DNA of 32,199 nt, from assembly GCA_003527965.1 (NCBI GenBank), contig DPVY01000086.1, positions 1 through 32,199 on the forward strand, in the 5' to 3' direction. Numbering within the stretch: position 1 is the stretch's first letter; every line of letters begins with the position of its first letter. The notes under the pieces are model-generated. The model was given only the letters and a program-made list of their open reading frames with translations. It was not told the DNA's origin and ran no database searches. Source of the DNA: Fidelibacterota bacterium. Lineage in GTDB: Bacteria > Fidelibacterota > UBA2242. This document shows, piece by piece, positions 19,967 to 28,308 of this stretch. Both the position numbers and the translations under genes were made by a program.

Positions 19967-21343
19967 CTACCCCAATGCAAGCATCGGGGAATTCTTTCGA
20001 TTAAAATATTCCACAAATGGTTTCGCTACCAGTTCAGCTGCAACCAATGCCGGCGCTTCCGCATAGATCCGGATAATCGGTTCGGTGTTTGAGGGTCGTA
20101 AATGCACCCAGCGGTCTTTCCAGATAAACTTAAAGCCATCCCGGGTATCCAGGGAGTCAGGTTGAGCCAGGCGCTCCAACTCTTCCCGCAAATCGGCTAA
20201 TACAAGATCGCCGCGCTGAACTTTTTTCTTGATCATCGTATATTGCGGCAATTCTTTCATCAATTCTGAAAGTTTTTTACCCTCTTCCGCTAACAATTGC
20301 AGTACCAGCGCGGCAGCCACCAGCGAATCCCGCCCCAAATGCGCTTCGGGAAGCAGTACGCCACCGTTCCCCTCGCCGCCAATCGCCGCATCGATTTCAC
20401 GCATTTTCTTGGCAACATTGATTTCACCAATGGGAGTGCGAACCACGGTGGCGCCATAGCGTTTGGCGATGTCATCCACCGCCATTGTCGTTGACAAATT
20501 GGTAACTACTTTTTGATGTAAGCCCTGAAATTTTGATAAAACCAGCAACTCCGCCAGAACCAGGGTATATTCTTCAGAGATCGGTTGCCCCAGATCGGAA
20601 ACAATCGCCAAACGATCACCGTCCGGATCGATTGCAAAGCCCAAATCGGCTTTATGATTGAGAACAGTCTTGTTCAATTCTCCCAAATTCTCCGGCAACG
20701 GCTCCGGCGAACGCGGAAAGGGTTTGTCGTGATGACAATTCAATTCAATCACTTCACACCCGAGCCGGCGCAACAGTTCCGGAACCGCCCGGTAGGCAGC
20801 GCCATTGACTGCATCGACAACCACTTTAAATTTTGCTTTTTGAATGAGATCTCTGTCAATATAGGAAATAGCCAGGACCGATTGAATGTGATCATCAACG
20901 GCTGATTCATAGGATCGGACCAAACCGTTCTTTTTTTCAATTTGAATGAAGTTTTTACCGATCTCAATTCGGCGATTTTTCAGACGCAACATCTCTTCGC
21001 CGTCCAGAAATATACCATCGGCGCCAATGAATTTGAGTCCATTCCAGGGCAACGGATTGTGACTGGCAGTGACGACAATCCCGCCGGCAGCCTCCTGGTA
21101 CTCCACGGCATATTGTACTGTGGGAGTTGTGCAGATTCCCAGGTCAACGACGGTATTACCGGCATCTTTCAGCGCTTCAACAAGCAAGGATTTTATCCGG
21201 TTGCTGCTTTGACGGGTATCCCGACCCACCAGAATATTTTCACCGGCACAAAATTCGGCAAAGGCATAGGCATAGGATTTGACAAACTCTTCGGTAAGGT
21301 TGGCATCGTGGGCTCGGACCCCCGATAAACTTTCAATCAGCAT
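19967..21343 (-). CDS. alpha-D-phosphohexomutase family enzyme (PGM/PMM/GlmM-like; possibly phosphopentomutase)
   Basis: 458 aa. Phosphoserine loop TASHNPLPWNG, metal loop DPDGDR, sugar loop GGEGNGG. Confidence 0.85.
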   Translation of the reverse strand: MLIESLSGVRAHDANLTEEFVKSYAYAFAEFCAGENILVGRDTRQSSNRIKSLLVEALKDAGNTVVDLGICTTPTVQYAVEYQEAAGGIVVTASHNPLPWNGLKFIGADGIFLDGEEMLRLKNRRIEIGKNFIQIEKKNGLVRSYESAVDDHIQSVLAISYIDRDLIQKAKFKVVVDAVNGAAYRAVPELLRRLGCEVIELNCHHDKPFPRSPEPLPENLGELNKTVLNHKADLGFAIDPDGDRLAIVSDLGQPISEEYTLVLAELLVLSKFQGLHQKVVTNLSTTMAVDDIAKRYGATVVRTPIGEINVAKKMREIDAAIGGEGNGGVLLPEAHLGRDSLVAAALVLQLLAEEGKKLSELMKELPQYTMIKKKVQRGDLVLADLREELERLAQPDSLDTRDGFKFIWKDRWVHLRPSNTEPIIRIYAEAPALVAAELVAKPFVEYFNRKNSPMLALG

Positions 21344-21358
21344 ATTATTCCTCTATAA

Positions 21359-21392
21359 ATTTAAAACCCACCTTTAGCGTGCAAGGTGGGTT
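21359..21392 (-). terminator. rho-independent terminator after rpsU
   Basis: 10-bp stem AACCCACCTT/AAGGTGGGTT with an 8-nt loop, followed on the minus strand by TTTTAAATTT. Confidence 0.6.
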
Positions 21393-21450
21393 ACATATTA
21401 GACTGTCAACAAACTGCACAAATCATTAGATAAGTAACTTTCAAACCATT

Positions 21451-21615
21451 CTATCGATCCTGTCTCCTCATGCCGCTGGCGACACGTTTTGTGGATTTAG
21501 CCCGTTTAAGGCGTTTCTCGACACTGGGTTTGACATAATAAGCATTTTTCTTAACATCTGTGAGAATTCCGGCTTTTTCCAGGGGTTCGTTCCCTCTCAA
21601 AGTTACCTGAACCAT
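21451..21615 (-). CDS. rpsU: 30S ribosomal protein S21, unusually short form
   Basis: 54 aa from the ATG at 21613-21615, preceded by AAGGAG. The ends match S21 (VTLRGNEPLEKAGIL...YYVKPSVEKR), but the central ALRRFKR-type segment is absent. Confidence 0.6.
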   Translation of the reverse strand: MVQVTLRGNEPLEKAGILTDVKKNAYYVKPSVEKRLKRAKSTKRVASGMRRQDR

Positions 21616-21642
21616 ACAACTCCTTAATTGAATCATTTTTAA

Positions 21643-22500
21643 TTAACCTAAATATGCCCGCAGTTTTTTACTGCGCGACGTATGTTGCAAACGGCGGATT
21701 GCTTTCTCTTTTATCTGACGAACCCGTTCCCGGGTAAGATGAAATTCTTCGCCGATTTCATTCAAAGTTAAAGCATATTCGCGATCAATTCCAAAATACA
21801 TTTTAATAACATCCTGTTCCCGCTCTTTTAAGGTACTTAATGCATCTCTAATCTCCAATTTCAGGGATTCGCTCATCATAATATAATCCGGCGTTGGCTG
21901 ATCATTATCCTGGATAACATCAAGAAGCGAGTTCTTTTCACCATCCCTGAAGGGTGCATTGAGTGAGTGATGACGTCTTGAGATACGAATTGCATCGGAT
22001 ATCTCGGTGGTCTGCATTTCCAGACCGTCGGCGATTTCATCCTGGCTGGGGGGGCGCTCATATTGCTGCTCAAGAATTTCGGCTTCCCGGGTAATTTTAC
22101 TGATTGTGCCCACCCGGTTCAGCGGTAAACGCACTATTCTGGAGTGCTCTGCCAGCGCTTGCAGGATTGATTGGCGTATCCACCAAACGGCATAGGATAT
22201 AAATTTAAACCCTCTGGTTTCATCAAAACGCTCAGCCGCTTTGATCAGTCCAAGATTACCTTCATTAATCAAATCGGTTAAAGGCAATCCCTGACCCTGG
22301 TAATCTTTGGCAACACTCACAACAAATCGCAAATTCGACTCGGCTAATTTCTGCTTTGCCTGTCCATCCCCCTGATGAATCCGCTGGGCCAGATCAATCT
22401 CTTCATCAGGAGTTAAGGGTGAGTACTTCCCGATCTCTTCCAAATATTTACTTAACGCCCGGTTTGAATCCGGTGATACTTTCTTGGCTTTTGTGCTCAT
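21643..22500 (-). CDS. rpoD: RNA polymerase sigma-70 family factor, short primary-like type
   Basis: 285 aa. Region 2 [18 protein letters not shown] and [10 protein letters not shown], region 3, and region 4.2 [28 protein letters not shown]. No long region 1.1 or non-conserved insert. Confidence 0.88.
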   Translation of the reverse strand: MSTKAKKVSPDSNRALSKYLEEIGKYSPLTPDEEIDLAQRIHQGDGQAKQKLAESNLRFVVSVAKDYQGQGLPLTDLINEGNLGLIKAAERFDETRGFKFISYAVWWIRQSILQALAEHSRIVRLPLNRVGTISKITREAEILEQQYERPPSQDEIADGLEMQTTEISDAIRISRRHHSLNAPFRDGEKNSLLDVIQDNDQPTPDYIMMSESLKLEIRDALSTLKEREQDVIKMYFGIDREYALTLNEIGEEFHLTRERVRQIKEKAIRRLQHTSRSKKLRAYLG

Positions 22501-22541
22501 ATTTCCAACCGGTTTAATAATTGGAGTAACATAAACATTTT

Positions 22542-22570
22542 AAGATACGCTATTTTACTTATTTTGTCAA
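22542..22570 (-). promoter_or_regulatory. candidate sigma-70-like promoter for rpoD
   Basis: Minus strand TTGACA (22570-22565), a 17-nt spacer, then TATCTT (22547-22542). A plus-strand TATAAT at 22571-22576 may drive the divergent tRNA cluster. Confidence 0.3.
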
Positions 22571-22654
22571 TATAATGAGAAAACCCGTTTTTAATCTTGA
22601 CTTTATCTGACCTGTAAAATAACTTAACTGGCTTTTAATATGGAGAAATTTTTA

Positions 22655-22734
22655 CAGGGCATAGCCCCGACTGCGTCGGGATAAACTCCGCCCGGTTAGC
22701 GCGTCCCGCAACGGCGGGAAAGTCGCGGGTTTTT
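22655..22734 (+). pseudogene. tRNA-Pro-derived partial paralogue (5' two-thirds, 24-nt hairpin insertion, remodelled anticodon stem, T-run)
   Basis: Aligns by hand to tRNA-Pro: CAGGGCATAGC / insertion CCCGACTGCGTCGGGATAAACTCC / GCCCGGTTAGCGCG / TCCCGCAACGGCGGGA / AAGTCGCGGGTT. It then diverges into TTTTT and has no T-arm or 3' acceptor strand. Confidence 0.55.
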
Positions 22735-22786
22735 GATAATGACATTTTTTACCATATTTGATCGCTTTTTTTAATACAATGATTTT

Positions 22787-22861
22787 CGGGGCATAGCGCA
22801 GCCCGGTTAGCGCGCCTGCTTTGGGAGCAGGAAGTCGCAGGTTCAAATCCTGCTGCCCCGA
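22787..22861 (+). tRNA. tRNA-Pro (anticodon TGG)
   Basis: CGGGGCA...TGCCCCG acceptor, D arm GCGC-AGCCCGGTTA-GCGC, anticodon arm CCTGC-TTTGGGA-GCAGG, T arm GCAGG-TTCAAAT-CCTGC. Confidence 0.93.
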
Positions 22862-22945
22862 CATCCTTAAAGATTCTTTACAATCTGATAATCCCTTTTT
22901 CCACACACCACAACTATTCTGGAAACCGGAAAGATTTTTCAAAAC

Positions 22946-23018
22946 GCCCCGATAGCTCAAAGGATAGAGCATCTGCCTTCTAAGCAGAGGGTTGCAGGTT
23001 CGAGTCCTGCTCGGGGTA
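22946..23018 (+). tRNA. tRNA-Arg (anticodon TCT)
   Basis: GCCCCGA...TCGGGGT acceptor (G1:U72 wobble), anticodon arm TCTGC-CTTCTAA-GCAGA, T arm GCAGG-TTCGAGT-CCTGC. Confidence 0.93.
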
Positions 23019-23145
23019 CACCCCATAACACACTGACTATCAACAATATACAGCAATGTCGCAAATGGCTAATTAGGTCATTTTGGGCAAAATACGGTTG
23101 CCAAATGATGCCATTTCGTGCCATCCTTCTCCGTCGAGAGGGGTG

Positions 23146-23248
23146 AGTTGCCCCACTGAGTTGCCCCAGTAAGTTGCCCCACCCCCTTGGGCCGTTTCTC
23201 GACGAGTGTTTTAGCATGAGTTAATCACAGAAATCAACAGTTGCCCCA
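23146..23248. repeat. four copies of the decamer AGTTGCCCCA, three of them phased at 13 nt
   Basis: Exact copies at 23146, 23159, 23172 and 23239, lying between tRNA-Arg and the integrase remnant and extending into its 3' end. Confidence 0.85.
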
Positions 23249-23538
23249 TCTGGAGCATTCTTTACGGGTCCAAAGTCTCTTTCCAGCTGAGCATTATCGA
23301 ATTCAGCATAGATCTGAGTCGTAGTAACCTTTGAATGTCCCAGCAGTTTCGAAACCCTGTAGATGTCCTTTGTTTCGTAGTATGTTTTTACTGCAAACGT
23401 ATGACGCAAGCAGTGGAAGGATCGTTTGTCGCCACTCGGCAAATGGTACAGGCCAGCATTGACAAGTATTTCTTTAAACATCTTACTCAAAGTCCCATCA
23501 ATATGTTTGCCCTGCTTACAGAGGGTGTATATATTATG
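23221..23538 (-). pseudogene. tyrosine recombinase/integrase, C-terminal fragment only
   Basis: Contains HCLRHTF (HxxR), LLGHSKVTTTQIY (His and catalytic Tyr). The open frame stops about 105 codons upstream at an in-frame TAG (23539-23541), so the N-terminal core-binding domain and the first catalytic Arg are missing. Confidence 0.8.
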
Positions 23539-23803
23539 CTATATGTACATTATAAATAACGAGTTATAGTGTTTAACAGTTAGTAATCTTATTTAATATA
23601 TGCAATATCTGCTCTTCTATCATTTTCATTTGCTTATTTTACCCACAAGTATTAAAATGCATTACTTGTAAACGGTTATGAATGGATACAGATAAAAGTG
23701 AGACCTGTATATGACGCCTGAAGAACCGGCACTTCAACATATTGACCAACAATTAATGCAATCGGGCTGAATCCCGTTTGCATCTACTTTATAAGAGAGA
23801 AGA

Positions 23804-25358
23804 ATGGCAAATAATACAAGTAACGGAGCTAACCTCGGCTTTGAAAACAAGCTCTGGGGAATGGCAGACAAGATGCGGGGGCACATGGACTCCGGCGAAT
23901 ATAAGCACGTTGTCCTCGGCCTGATATTCCTCAAATATATATCCGATGCGTTTCAGGCTAAGTACGATAATCTGGCTGCCCGGCAGGTAACCGATTACAC
24001 CGATCCCGAAGACCGTGACGAGTACTCAGCCGCTAATATCTTCTGGGTACCGAAGGAAGCCCGCTGGGAGAAGTTGCGCGCCGGGGCCAAGCAGCCTATC
24101 ATCGGGCAGCTGGTGGATGACGCCATGGTCGCCATCGAAAAGGAGAATCCCAGTCTAAAGGGCGTTTTGCCCAAAACATACTCCCGCCCGGCGCTCGACA
24201 AATACCGCCTGGGACAGCTGATTGACATTACCAGCAATATCGGGCTTGGGGATAAGCACTCCCGCTCTAAGGACATCCTTGGTCGGGTCTATGAGTACTT
24301 CCTTGGTCGCTTTGCTGCGGCTGAAGGTAAAGGCGGCGGCGAATTCTACACCCCTCAGTGTATTGTTAAACTGCTGGTCACTATGATCGAACCATTCAAG
24401 GGTCGGATCTATGATCCCTGCTGTGGTTCCGGCGGAATGTTCGTTCAGTCTGAACGTTTTATGGAAGAACATGGCGGGCGGCTGGGCGATATTGCGGTGT
24501 ACGGTCAGGAATCAAATCCCACCACCTGGAAGCTGGCGAAGATGAACCTTGCCATCCGGGGTATTGATACCGATCTTGGTCAGTATCAGGCCGACAGCTT
24601 TCACAACGACCTGCATAAAGACCTCAAGGCGGATTTTATATTGGCGAATCCTCCCTTCAATATGTCTGACTGGGGCGGTGAACGGCTGAAAGAGGACGTG
24701 CGCTGGAAGTATGGCGTACCGCCGGTGAACAATGCCAACTACGCTTGGATTTCCCACTTTATTCACCATCTGGCACCCAATGGCATTGCCGGCTTTGTGC
24801 TGGCAAATGGTTCCATGTCAACCAATACATCCAGTGAAGGCGAAATCCGAAAAACAATCATCGAAGCCGATATGGTGGATTGTATGATCGCATTGCCGGG
24901 ACAGCTATTTTATACAACTCAGATTCCGGTCTGCCTGTGGTTTGTGACCAAGTCCAAGAAAGCTGAACCCCGACGCGGCTACCGTGACCGCTCCGGTGAA
25001 ACGCTCTTCATCGATGCCCGTAAAATGGGCAAACTCATCGACCGGGTGCATCGCGAACTTGACGCTGACGATGTCGCCACGATTGCCGGCACCCTATCAC
25101 CAGTGGCGGAATGCTGACGGTGACTACGAGGACAAACCCGGCTGGTGGAAATCTGCCACGCTGGACGAGATCAGAACGCACGGCTATGTGCTGACACCGG
25201 GGCGCTATGTTGGCGCTGAGGAAGTGGAAGACGACGGCATTCCCTTTGAGGAGAAGATGACGGAACTGTCCGCCACACTGTATAAACAGTTTGCTAAATC
25301 GAAGGAACTGGAAACCACGATTAGGACGAACTTGGAAGTATTAGGGTACGGGGAATGA
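23804..25358 (+). pseudogene. hsdM: Type I R-M methyltransferase subunit HsdM, interrupted by a +1 frameshift near 25092-25094
   Basis: N-terminal HsdM domain ([10 protein letters not shown]), SAM motif [10 protein letters not shown], catalytic NPPF. The frame ends at 25117, and the canonical C-terminus (YHQWRN...YVLTPGRYVGAEE) continues in the next frame to 25358. Confidence 0.88.
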
Positions 25359-26453
25359 ATGATGAGCAAACAAGATATGAACGTTAAGATACCAGCAACA
25401 GCCGGGAATGAATATGCGCTTATGCGGGATATTCGCAAGCTAATTGAAGAAACCCGCTCCACAGTTGCCATAGCTGTCAATGCGGCAATGACTATGCTTT
25501 ACTGGAATATAGGCCGGCGGATTAACACAGACATTTTACAAGGTAAGCGGGCCGATTATGGCAAAGAAATAGTCTCCACACTGTCGAGACAATTGATTCA
25601 GGAATATGGGAACAGTTTTTCCGATAAAAATCTACGGCATATGCTTCGCTTTGCTGAGGCTTTTCCAGACGATAAGATTGTCTACGCACTGAGTAGACAA
25701 TTGAGTTGGACGCACTTTCGGACTGTCATTTACCTTGACGATCCTCTAAAACGGGATTTCTATGCTGAAATGTGCAGATTGGAAAACTGGAGCACACGGA
25801 CGTTGCAAACAAAGATTGATTCCATGCTCTATGAACGGACGGCGCTGTCTAAAAAGCCGGATGATTTGATTAAACATGAGCTGCAACAACTGCGCGATAA
25901 AGATCATCTGACACCGGAACTGGTTTTTAAGGATCCCTATTTCCTCGACTTTCTCGGATTGAATGATCGCTATCTGGAAAGAGACCTCGAAGACGCCATC
26001 CTGCGGGAATTGGAACAGTTTCTTCTGGAACTGGGATATGGCTTTGCGTTTATGGCCAGGCAAAAACGCATTCAAATTGATAACGATGATTATTACATTG
26101 ACCTGCTATTCTATCACCGCAGTTTGAAACGTCTGATTGCCATTGATCTGAAACTCGGCGATTTCAAGGCGGGATACAAAGGGCAAATGGAACTCTATCT
26201 GCGCTGGCTTAATAAACATGAACGGAAACCAATGGAAAATGAACCTCTGGGGATTATCTTATGCGCCGGGAAGAAACAGGAGATGATCGAGCTGCTGGAA
26301 CTGGGTAAATCCGGTATTCATGTTGCCGAATATTTAACAGAACTGCCTCCCCGAGAACTGCTCAGACAGAAGTTGCATAAAGCCCTGATCAGTGCAAAAA
26401 CCAGAATTGCAGCATTGCCGGACAGAACTGATAATAAGGTTGATGATGACTAA
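25359..26453 (+). CDS. yhcG: YhcG/DUF1016-family PDDEXK nuclease-like protein
   Basis: 364 aa. Family blocks LYWNIGRRI, LSWTHFR, FYAEMC..ENWSTRTL, FKDPYFLDFLGL, and the PD-(D/E)xK core FLLELGYGFAFMARQKRI...IDLLFYH...IAIDLKLG. Its ATG immediately follows the hsdM stop. Confidence 0.85.
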   Translation: MMSKQDMNVKIPATAGNEYALMRDIRKLIEETRSTVAIAVNAAMTMLYWNIGRRINTDILQGKRADYGKEIVSTLSRQLIQEYGNSFSDKNLRHMLRFAEAFPDDKIVYALSRQLSWTHFRTVIYLDDPLKRDFYAEMCRLENWSTRTLQTKIDSMLYERTALSKKPDDLIKHELQQLRDKDHLTPELVFKDPYFLDFLGLNDRYLERDLEDAILRELEQFLLELGYGFAFMARQKRIQIDNDDYYIDLLFYHRSLKRLIAIDLKLGDFKAGYKGQMELYLRWLNKHERKPMENEPLGIILCAGKKQEMIELLELGKSGIHVAEYLTELPPRELLRQKLHKALISAKTRIAALPDRTDNKVDDD

Positions 26454-26581
26454 TTGTATAGATTACAGTTTTACTTATACTGTAAAACGGGATTCACTGT
26501 CTCCCGAATTCAACCCTACCGCAATAGTGCGGACACTGTTGACACAATTCAGAAATCAATCACGAAAAGAGGCGCTGAGCA

Positions 26582-27859
26582 ATGGGGAGTGAATCAATAA
26601 CATTTGGAAGTTCCGCTATATTAATAAAAGATATCGTACAACCATCGGATGTAGGTGATTTTCCATATATCGGATTAGAGCATATTGAAGAAAGCGAATT
26701 ACGATTAAGCAGTTACGGAAACGCCAAAGATGTTCAAAGTGCAAAGTTCCGGTTTAATAAAGGGGATATCCTGTTTGGTAAGCTTCGACCTTATTTTAGA
26801 AAGGTAATAAAGGCACCGTTTGATGGTATTTGTTCAACAGATATATGGGTAGTACGTGCTAAAAATGGAATAGATCAGGGTTATTTGTACTATTGGATGG
26901 CATCAGATTCATTTATCGAATATGCTACAAGAGGTTCGGAAGGAACTCGGATGCCGCGAGCAAAATGGGAGCATGTAAGTCGATATACTCAGACAAGATT
27001 ATCTCTCCCCGAACAACGCGCCATCGCCCATATTCTCGGTTCGCTGGACGACAAGATTGAGTTGAACCGGCAGATGAACCGCACTCTGGAAGCCATGGCT
27101 CAGGCGGTTTTCAAAAGCTGGTTTGTGGATTTTGATCCCGTCCATGCCAAAGCAGAGGGTCGGGATACCGGTCTGCCCGCTGAGATTGCCGACCTCTTTC
27201 CCGACAGCTTCATGGATTCGGAGCTAGGAGAGATTCCGAAGGGGTGGAGAATACAGGCAATTAGCGATCTTGCGGATATAGTTGGAGGCAGCACTCCACG
27301 TACAACCGAGCTCAACTACTGGCAAGATGGGGTTCATTCCTGGGCGACACCAAAGGATCTCTCAACATTGTCAGTACCGTTATTGTTAGAAACAGAACGA
27401 CGTATCACCGATGCTGGCCTTGCACAGATCAGTTCTGGGCTGTTACCTGTTGGAACTGTCTTACTTTCATCGAGGGCTCCAATCGGATATTTGGCAATTG
27501 CTGAGATACCCGTGGCAATCAATCAGGGATTCATTGCGATGAAACCCAAAAAGGACATATCAAATCTCTTTGTGCTTTTTTGGACAGCCTTCGCTCATGA
27601 CGATATCCTGAGTCGGGCTAATGGCTCAACCTTCCTTGAGATCAGCAAAACAAACTTTAGACCGATCTCTTTAGTCGCGCCACCATCGATGATTATAAGA
27701 GCATTCGACCAACGAGTTCGTGAAATGTACAATCGGATCGTTGATAATGAGCGTGAATCTCGTACTCTTGTAGCCCTACGTGACACACTGCTACCCAAAC
27801 TCATTTCCGGTGAACTGCGAGTGTTGGGTGTCGGAAATTATTTAAAGGAGGTTGTTTGA
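26582..27859 (+). CDS. hsdS: Type I R-M specificity subunit HsdS
   Basis: 425 aa. Two variable target-recognition domains are separated by the conserved helix [40 protein letters not shown], and the protein ends in [23 protein letters not shown]. Confidence 0.92.
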   Translation: MGSESITFGSSAILIKDIVQPSDVGDFPYIGLEHIEESELRLSSYGNAKDVQSAKFRFNKGDILFGKLRPYFRKVIKAPFDGICSTDIWVVRAKNGIDQGYLYYWMASDSFIEYATRGSEGTRMPRAKWEHVSRYTQTRLSLPEQRAIAHILGSLDDKIELNRQMNRTLEAMAQAVFKSWFVDFDPVHAKAEGRDTGLPAEIADLFPDSFMDSELGEIPKGWRIQAISDLADIVGGSTPRTTELNYWQDGVHSWATPKDLSTLSVPLLLETERRITDAGLAQISSGLLPVGTVLLSSRAPIGYLAIAEIPVAINQGFIAMKPKKDISNLFVLFWTAFAHDDILSRANGSTFLEISKTNFRPISLVAPPSMIIRAFDQRVREMYNRIVDNERESRTLVALRDTLLPKLISGELRVLGVGNYLKEVV

Positions 27860-28308
27860 TGGCAAATATTGACCTTACACAGGCAGAAATTGACGCACTA
27901 TTGGCAATGAACAAGATCAAGATCAACAATGACGTTTATGATTATCCTGATCAGGGCGGTTCTTTGAGAATACCACTGACCTCCGAGGATAGGCGGGAGG
28001 AATTTATGCTTGACGTCACACGAGGCAGAATCGAACTTTCAAAGGGAACTTTGCAAAATCGAACGCGACAAGTTATCGTCCTTGTGCGTCTGGATTATGG
28101 AGGTTCGCCACACAGAAATCCAGACGGGGAGGAGATGCCGTGTCCGCATTTACATATTCACCGTGAAGGGTATGGAGATAAATGGGCCGCGCCGGTTCCA
28201 CGTGATAAATTTCCACATATTGGCAATGATTGGGAAACATTGCAGGACTTTATAACGTACTGCAACATTACTGACACGCCGAGCATACAGAAAGGCCTGT
28301 TTACATGA
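27859..28308 (+). CDS. hypothetical protein X (149 aa), translationally coupled to hsdS
   Basis: Its ATG overlaps the hsdS stop (TGATG). No TM or signal sequence. Conserved-looking block [28 protein letters not shown] know no characterised family; from memory it may be a DUF-only family. Confidence 0.7.
   Translation: MANIDLTQAEIDALLAMNKIKINNDVYDYPDQGGSLRIPLTSEDRREEFMLDVTRGRIELSKGTLQNRTRQVIVLVRLDYGGSPHRNPDGEEMPCPHLHIHREGYGDKWAAPVPRDKFPHIGNDWETLQDFITYCNITDTPSIQKGLFT

Noticed and set aside
19933-20016. N-terminal extension of deoC (the track ORF starts at 20016).
   Set aside because: The extension overlaps the 3' end of the mutase gene and has no aldolase similarity. The internal ATG at 19932 has a GGAGG RBS and gives a normal-length DeoC.
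23146-23181. Mini CRISPR-like array.
   Set aside because: The repeats are 10 nt with 3-nt spacers, far below CRISPR dimensions. They are better explained as protein-binding arm-type sites.
22652-23217. Minus-strand ORFs of 134 and 86 aa.
   Set aside because: They run through tRNA-Pro, tRNA-Arg and the decamer repeats. They are open only because of the GC-rich structured sequence.
23711-23770. 19-codon ORF MTPEEPALQHIDQQLMQSG, resembling the ExxxRxxIDxxLxxxGW start of HSDR_N-type restriction subunits. It could be another gene stub upstream of hsdM.
   Set aside because: It is too short for a defensible homology call without a database search. Noted only as consistent with the eroded state of the island.
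24984-25358. 124-aa ORF as a separate gene.
   Set aside because: Only its last ~88 residues make sense, and those are the HsdM C-terminus displaced by the frameshift. The N-terminal part is out-of-frame hsdM.
26392-26442. Longer 66-aa version of the bridging micro-ORF.
   Set aside because: The first 17 codons are simply an alternative frame of yhcG. Only the 49-codon version from the ATG at 26443 is worth testing.
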